A stretch of 59,499 nt of DNA, filler included. It is 6 parts of 6 records of this genome, joined end to end, with 100 filler letters (N's around TTAATTAATTAA, not from the genome) between each part and the next. Parts side by side here need not be neighbours in the genome. Positions count along the whole stretch, not along the records: positions 53,838 to 59,499 come from SRR2962707_4502; 5 more parts are not named here. One strand, given 5' to 3'. This document shows positions 53,928 to 59,499 of this stretch, one piece after another. Numbering within the stretch: position 1 is the stretch's first letter; each line of letters begins with the position of its first letter. Position numbers and translations under genes: made by a program. Below the pieces are notes generated by a model that saw only the letters and a list, made by a program, of their open reading frames with translations, was not told the origin of the DNA and made no database searches.

Positions 53928-54941
53928 ATGTCGATGGAACCCGGATTGGCGGTGGTTGGTGCCACCGGCCTGGTGGGCGATGCCCTGCTGGAGCAACTGG
54001 CGCAGCGCAAGGTGCCTTACGGAGAACTGTTCCTGTTGGCCTCGGAAGAGAGCGAAGGCACGTCTTTGCGGGTGGGCGGCCGCTCGCTGACGGTGCAGCG
54101 GCTGGATGGCTTCGATTTCTCCCGCGTGGCGCTGGTGGTGTTCGCCGCCGGCGCCGCGGTGTCCCAGGAATGGGCGCCGCGCGCGGTGGATGCCGGAGCC
54201 ATGGTCCTGGATCTGTCACCGGCGTTCCGTTACGAGCCGGACGTGCCGTTGCTGGTGGCCGGGGTCAACGACGAGCAGATTCCCGCCGCCCGCGAGCGCA
54301 ATCTGGCCGCCGCCGCCGATGCCGCCACCGTGCAACTGATGCTGGCCTTGAAGCCGCTGATGGCGATCTCCGAATTGCAGCGGGTCACCGTGACCCAGTT
54401 GCAGGCCGCCTCCTCCTCGGGGCGCAATGGCGTGGAACGTCTGGCCCGCCAGAGCGCGCGTTTGCTCAATGGCATGGACGCCAGCGAAGGCGCGGAACCG
54501 CAATACGCCTTCAACCTCGTGCCCACCGTCGGGCGTCTGCAGGACAACGGCTATACCAGCGAGGAATTGAAATTGATGCTGGAAGCCCGGCGGGTGCTCG
54601 GCCGTCCGGACCTGGCCGTGGATGTGAGCTGTGTGCAGGTGCCGGTGTTCCATGGCCTTTCCCAGGTGGTGGTGGTGCGCGGCGGTCTGCCCATCGGTCT
54701 GGCTCAGGCGCAGGCCTGCTGGGACGAGGCGCCGGGTCTGGCCCAGGACGAAGGCGGAGAGGGGGACGGCGCGTCCCCGGTACGGCAGGTGAAAGAGGAG
54801 CCGCTGGTGCGGCTGGCCCGTGCCCGGGAAGACGTGGACGGGCAGGGCGAACTGAGCTTCTGGACCGTGGCCGATAACATCAAGGCCGGTGCCGCCCGCA
54901 ATGCCGTCCTGCTGGTGGAGCAGTTGCTCGCCGGGGCGTGA
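53928..54941 (+). CDS. usg: Aspartate-semialdehyde dehydrogenase paralogue (Usg-like)
   Basis: GATGLVG, AFNLVP, VPVFHG; catalytic NPNC replaced by AAADA; upstream of fimV-truA. Confidence 0.8.
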   Translation: MSMEPGLAVVGATGLVGDALLEQLAQRKVPYGELFLLASEESEGTSLRVGGRSLTVQRLDGFDFSRVALVVFAAGAAVSQEWAPRAVDAGAMVLDLSPAFRYEPDVPLLVAGVNDEQIPAARERNLAAAADAATVQLMLALKPLMAISELQRVTVTQLQAASSSGRNGVERLARQSARLLNGMDASEGAEPQYAFNLVPTVGRLQDNGYTSEELKLMLEARRVLGRPDLAVDVSCVQVPVFHGLSQVVVVRGGLPIGLAQAQACWDEAPGLAQDEGGEGDGASPVRQVKEEPLVRLARAREDVDGQGELSFWTVADNIKAGAARNAVLLVEQLLAGA

Positions 54942-55381
54942 GGACGGCACATACCATTCGCTGCTGAAGCAGCTTCCCACAGCGGCCTTGTGGCGACGTG
55001 TATGCGGGCCGGAGGCAATTCATGGGCAAAGGAAGTGCTTACCCCCTCGACAACCCCCATCCCGCCAGAATAAAGTCGTAGCTCTCGGGCCGCCCTGGCG
55101 GCTCGGGACGGGGGCGTCTCAATCCACGGTTGCGCGCGCATTTTTTCGAAAAAACCATGAAAAATGCGTACTTACTAACAATATGTGACGCAGTTTCTAG
55201 GTTTATACCCCGTCGTCGGGCACAATCGAATGCGGACTTTCTGACCAGGGCGTCTCAGAATAAGGTTTGTTTTCTCTGGATTGTTCCAGACCTTATTCCG
55301 AGACTCGCGGAAAGAAATCCGCAGCGTGCCTGCCGGCTCAGAGGGCGGGGAATACAGAATAAGTAACTGGGGTTCAACCAC

Positions 55382-58300
55382 ATGCTCCGAAAATTTGGCA
55401 TAGGGTTTGTCGCGCTGGCGGCGATGACGCCGGGGCTTGCGGCTGCTCTGGGGGTGGGGGAATACGAGCTTAACTCCTATCTGAACCAGCCGCTGGAGAT
55501 GGACGTCGTCCTGCACGAAACCGGACGGCTGTCGACAGAGGAAATCGTGGTCAATCTGGCCCCGCAAGCGGAATTCGACTCCGCCGGGGTGGAGCGCGGC
55601 TACTTCCTCAATGATTTGACGTTCGAGGTGACCTTCACCGGCGAGGGCGACGGGGTTCTGCACATCCGTTCCCGCCAGCCGGTGCGTGAGCCCTATCTCA
55701 ACTTCCTGGTGGAGATTCTCTGGCCCACCGGCCGTCTGGTGCGCGAATACACCGTATTGCTGGATCCGCCCAGCTACGACGCCGGCGGTGAGGCGGTCAG
55801 TGCCGCCCAGGTTCAACCGGCGCCGGTGCCGGTCGTGCCGCAAGCGCAGCCGAAGACCGAACCGGCGCCGCCCGCGCCGGAGCCCGAACCACGGGCACCC
55901 GCCGTCAGCGACGCGGCGACGGAGGGCGAACCGCGAGAAGAACCCCAAGAGGAAACAGCAAACACCGTTGAGCCGGAGGACGATGCTGGAACGGTGGCCG
56001 AATCCGCGGAACCGAAGCCGGAACCGGAGCAAGCGGACTCGGACCAGGGTGGCACCGCCAGCAGCGTGACGCCGGGGCGTGGCACTCTGAACGAAAACAA
56101 TGACCGCTACCGGGTGCGCTCGTCCGATACCCTGTGGCGCATCGCCGCCGAGCATCGCCCTGGCGGCGGGGTCTCCGTCCAACAAATGATGATGGCGATT
56201 CAGGAAATGAATCCGGAAGCCTTCATCGACGGCAACATCAATCTGGTGCGGGAAGGCGCGGTGCTGCGGCTGCCCAGCGAACGTCAGGCGGCGGCGATCG
56301 CCAGCAGCGAAGCAATGCGGCGAGTGGCCGATCAAACCAGCGAATGGCGCCAGCGGCGCGCGGCCAGCACCAATGCGGAGGAAACGCTGGCGGCGGCGCA
56401 ACTGGATGCCACCGAGCAAAGCGATGCCGCGCCAGTGGAACAGGAAGGCGATGGCGGCCGGGTTACGCTGGTGGCGCCGGATGCCTCCGACGCCGCCCGT
56501 GACGGTGATGGCACCGGTACCGGCGGTGGCGGTGAAGCGGCCACCGCCGCGCTGCAGAACGAACTGGCTATTCGCGATGAGAATCTGGACCGGCTGAGCC
56601 GGGAGAACGATGAGCTGCGCAGCCGTATCGATGAGCTCGGCGAGCAGTTGGATACCAGTGGCGAAATGCTGCGCTTGCAGAATGAGAAGATCGCGGCCCT
56701 TCAAGAGGCACTGCGGCAGCTGCGGGAGGGCGAGGGCGATGGCAAGGTGGATGAGGCCTTGCTTGCACCTGCTCGGATTACCCCAGCGGAGATGGCCCCC
56801 GAGCAACAGGCGCCGGGGGAGCCGGTGCCCGCGGAGACGACGGATCCGGCGGCCAGCACCTCGCCGCCGGCCGACTCCGCCGCCATGGGGGGGGCCACCA
56901 TTGACTCTTCGACCACGGATACGGAGAGGCCCGACGGCGCCGCCAAGGCCGCGCCGAAATCCCCGTCCCAACCGGCAAGCGGCGCTGACAGTGCCGCTTC
57001 CGTGCGTCCGCTGCCGCCGGCGTCCGAGCCGGCTGCCCCGGCGCCCGCTGGCTGGCTGGACTGGGTAATGCGCAACCTGCTGTATCTGGGAGCCGCCGTG
57101 GCGGCACTGTTGCTGCTTCTGCTGTTGGCGTTGCGCCGCCGTCAGGGCGGCAAGGATGACCCGGAGGAAGACGCTTTGCCGCCCTTGATGCCGCTGGCGG
57201 ACGACGGTGACAACGAAGACGAAGGGCGGTCCGGGCAGGACCCGGTGGCGGCGCGGACCGGCGCCGGCGGCGCCGATGACGAGGATCGATCCCGTGCTGC
57301 CGCCGCCGCCAGTCAGGATCCGCTGGAAGAGGTGGAGGTCTATGTGGCCTATGGCCGCTACCCGCAGGCGGCGGATTTCCTCCGTAATGAAATCAACCAG
57401 GCGCCGGGCCGTAACGATTTGAAAGTGCGGCTGCTGGAAGTGCTGAACGAAATGGGCGATCAGGCGGCGTTCCGGCAACAGGCGGCGCTATACGCCGGTA
57501 CCGCGGAGGAACTGGACCGGGCCATCGAACGGCTGGGCGGAGGCGGGCAGGCCGGCACGGACGAGTCCGCTCCGCTATCCCTGGACGATCTGGAACTGGA
57601 TCTGGCTGGTGATCCCGGCGGGCCGGTCCCGTCGGAGCACGATCAGCAAGGGGAAACGGGGGAGGACCCGCTCAACCTGGATGACTTCGAGTTCAGTCTG
57701 GACGATGACAAGGCGCCGCCGAGCGAGGCCGATGACGACGAACCGGTGCTGATCGACGACGATCCGGAAGAGGCCCTGGCTCTGGACGAGGAGCCGTTGA
57801 CTCACGCCACGCTGACGGTCCGGGACGATACCCCGGTAAGTTCGGATGGCCTGGATCTGGATGATCTGGATTTTTCTTCCGACTTTTCTTCCGACACGGG
57901 CGACACCGATGACATTGACGGCCTGGAGCTGGACTCGACGCCGGTGGAAGCCCCGCGGGAGGAGCCTGTAACCGGGACGACGCCGCCGGGATCGGAGTCG
58001 CTGGAGTTCCAACTGGACGACCTGGAACTGGAGTGGGAGGGCGACAAGGCCGAGCCCGCTGCCGAGCCGGTCTCCGAACCGGAGAGCGACGACCACGGCG
58101 AAGAGGGGACGGAGGATCAGGGTGACGACACCTTCGAGTTTTCCCTGGACGGCCTGGATCTGGACGATGCCGGTGCCGATGAAACCCCGGAGGCGGCGAT
58201 CGAACTGCCCGAGCCGGTGGCCGCCGATGCCGGTACGGAAGCTTTCGGGGACCCGGCCTTCGACGCTCCGGCGCCCGCCGAGCCGCCGGCCAGCGAGGTT

Positions 58301-58519
58301 CAGGAACCGGCCGCGCCGGTACCGGTGTCCGCTGACGAGGATGATGAATTCGACTTCCTGGCGGAAACCGATGAGAACGCCACCAAACTGGACCTGGCTC
58401 GCGCCTACATCGAAATGGGGGATATGGAAGGCGCCCGGGATATCCTCAACGAGGTGATCAGCGAAGGCAGTGACAGCCAGCGGGACGATGCCCGCCAGTT
58501 GCTGGAGCGCGTCGAGTAA
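55382..58519 (+). CDS. fimV: Polar landmark FimV/HubP
   Basis: SYLNQPL, REYTVLLDPP, LysM DTLWRIA, TM, TKLDLARAYIEMGD. Confidence 0.95.
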   Translation: MLRKFGIGFVALAAMTPGLAAALGVGEYELNSYLNQPLEMDVVLHETGRLSTEEIVVNLAPQAEFDSAGVERGYFLNDLTFEVTFTGEGDGVLHIRSRQPVREPYLNFLVEILWPTGRLVREYTVLLDPPSYDAGGEAVSAAQVQPAPVPVVPQAQPKTEPAPPAPEPEPRAPAVSDAATEGEPREEPQEETANTVEPEDDAGTVAESAEPKPEPEQADSDQGGTASSVTPGRGTLNENNDRYRVRSSDTLWRIAAEHRPGGGVSVQQMMMAIQEMNPEAFIDGNINLVREGAVLRLPSERQAAAIASSEAMRRVADQTSEWRQRRAASTNAEETLAAAQLDATEQSDAAPVEQEGDGGRVTLVAPDASDAARDGDGTGTGGGGEAATAALQNELAIRDENLDRLSRENDELRSRIDELGEQLDTSGEMLRLQNEKIAALQEALRQLREGEGDGKVDEALLAPARITPAEMAPEQQAPGEPVPAETTDPAASTSPPADSAAMGGATIDSSTTDTERPDGAAKAAPKSPSQPASGADSAASVRPLPPASEPAAPAPAGWLDWVMRNLLYLGAAVAALLLLLLLALRRRQGGKDDPEEDALPPLMPLADDGDNEDEGRSGQDPVAARTGAGGADDEDRSRAAAAASQDPLEEVEVYVAYGRYPQAADFLRNEINQAPGRNDLKVRLLEVLNEMGDQAAFRQQAALYAGTAEELDRAIERLGGGGQAGTDESAPLSLDDLELDLAGDPGGPVPSEHDQQGETGEDPLNLDDFEFSLDDDKAPPSEADDDEPVLIDDDPEEALALDEEPLTHATLTVRDDTPVSSDGLDLDDLDFSSDFSSDTGDTDDIDGLELDSTPVEAPREEPVTGTTPPGSESLEFQLDDLELEWEGDKAEPAAEPVSEPESDDHGEEGTEDQGDDTFEFSLDGLDLDDAGADETPEAAIELPEPVAADAGTEAFGDPAFDAPAPAEPPASEVQEPAAPVPVSADEDDEFDFLAETDENATKLDLARAYIEMGDMEGARDILNEVISEGSDSQRDDARQLLERVE

Positions 58520-58553
58520 GGCGTATTACGTGTAAGCGAAAACGCCGTTCTGT

Positions 58554-58595
58554 AAAAAAAGGGGGCGATGCCGTAAGGTATCGCCCCTTCCTTTT
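58554..58595 (+). terminator. Terminator-like hairpin after fimV
   Basis: ggggcgatgcc-gtaa-ggtatcgcccc with A-tract before and T-rich tail after. Confidence 0.7.
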
Positions 58596-58618
58596 GGCGT
58601 GAAAAAAACAGGCCCATC

Positions 58619-59407
58619 ATGACCCGGATCGCGTTGGCGGTGGAATACGATGGCAGCCGCTTCCATGGGTGGCAGACCCAGGAGGATGGCGTTCGCACGG
58701 TGCAGTGGCACCTGGAGCAGGCCCTGTCGCGAGTGGCGGACCACCCGGTGACGCTGATCTGCGCCGGCCGCACCGATACCGGCGTGCATGCCACCGGCCA
58801 GGTGTGCCATTTCGATTCAAACGCCAATCGCGACATGAAAGCCTGGGTCATGGGCGGCAACCGTTTTTTACCCGACGACGTGGCGGTTCGCTGGGCGGTG
58901 CCGGTGAGCGACGACTTTCACGCCCGTTTCAGTGCTTTCCGGCGCTGCTATCGTTACGTGATCTACAATGCCGGCGCGCCGCCGGCGTTGTTCCGCCGCC
59001 AGGTCACCTGGAACCACCGGCCGCTGGATGTACAGCGGATGGCCGACGCCGCCCGGGCGCTGGTGGGCACCCATGACTTCACGTCCTACCGTTGTGTGCA
59101 TTGCCAGGCCAAGTCGCCGGTGAAGACGCTGCACCGGCTGGACATTCGGCAGCGCGGCCGGATGATCATCCTGGAAGTGGAGGCCAATGCCTTCCTGATG
59201 CATATGGTGCGCAACATCGCCGGCGTGCTGATGGCCATTGGCGCCGGTCATCAACCGGTGGAATGGGCCGCCGAGGTGCTGGCCGCCCGTGACCGCCGCG
59301 AAGGCGGTGTCACCGCGCCGCCCTATGGACTGTATCTGGTGGATATCGGTTACCCGGATCAGTTTGAATTGCCGCGGGAGCGGTTGGGGCCGCTCTGGTT
59401 GGAGTAG
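58619..59407 (+). CDS. truA: tRNA pseudouridine(38-40) synthase
   Basis: YDGSRFHGWQ, GRTDTGVHA, FHARFSA, FLMHMVR. Confidence 0.96.
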   Translation: MTRIALAVEYDGSRFHGWQTQEDGVRTVQWHLEQALSRVADHPVTLICAGRTDTGVHATGQVCHFDSNANRDMKAWVMGGNRFLPDDVAVRWAVPVSDDFHARFSAFRRCYRYVIYNAGAPPALFRRQVTWNHRPLDVQRMADAARALVGTHDFTSYRCVHCQAKSPVKTLHRLDIRQRGRMIILEVEANAFLMHMVRNIAGVLMAIGAGHQPVEWAAEVLAARDRREGGVTAPPYGLYLVDIGYPDQFELPRERLGPLWLE

Positions 59408-59430
59408 GTTGAAAAGTGGCCGAAGCCACT

Positions 59431-59499
59431 GTGGGGGCTTGCCTGCAAGCGAATGCGCCGACGCCGGAGGGCCTGAATTCGCCAGCAGGCTGGCTCCCA
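59431..59499. repeat. REP doublet (REPIN-like)
   Basis: gtgggggcttgcctgcaagcgaa ... ttcgccagcaggctggctccca: two inverted GTGG-type palindromic units. Confidence 0.75.

Noticed and set aside
53928-54941. Asd lacking its catalytic Cys as a novel pseudoenzyme
   Set aside because: Matches the known Usg-type paralogue in the conserved usg-fimV-truA context.
55175-57478. 767-aa antisense ORF (also 28052-29476, 44062-45345, 45740-46933, 37816-38970)
   Set aside because: Shadow ORFs opposite well-supported high-GC genes; no motifs.

Overview
The window is not one replicon. It is six unrelated contigs joined by 100-nt N/TTAATTAATTAA linkers. (1) 1-11599 is a eukaryotic (protist-like) contig carrying one 5'-truncated, minus-strand gene. 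I could splice it by hand through 12 short GT-AG introns into a type-I membrane protein of more than 3,400 aa: at least 46 Asp/Cys-rich TSP3-like repeats, a Pro/Arg linker, a TMEM132-like cohesin/Ig region, a second cohesin-like domain, polybasic cleavage sites, a dockerin-like domain, a Thr-rich stalk, a TM helix and a charged tail. (2) 11700-30419 is Roseobacter-like: yidC-ttcA-yidD-rnpA-rpmH, ftsEX, an accessory block with dipeptidase, ChaC, GNAT and an ApsD-like dehydrogenase, then lpdA and sucB. (3) 30520-37137 is Rhodospirillales-like: lutAB, mltA, Tim44, fxsA, secB, dnaQ, coaE, aroE. (4) 37238-48083 is Devosia/Hyphomicrobiales-like: pntA, M3 peptidase, TacA-like regulator, kinase, flavin halogenase, L,D-transpeptidase, DUF882. 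(5) 48184-53737 is a Marinobacter-like che/mot cluster. (6) 53838-59499 is Alcanivorax-like usg-fimV-truA. The most notable object is the eukaryotic cohesin+dockerin surface protein. Taxon labels and family assignments come from motif recognition and recalled gene order, not database searches.
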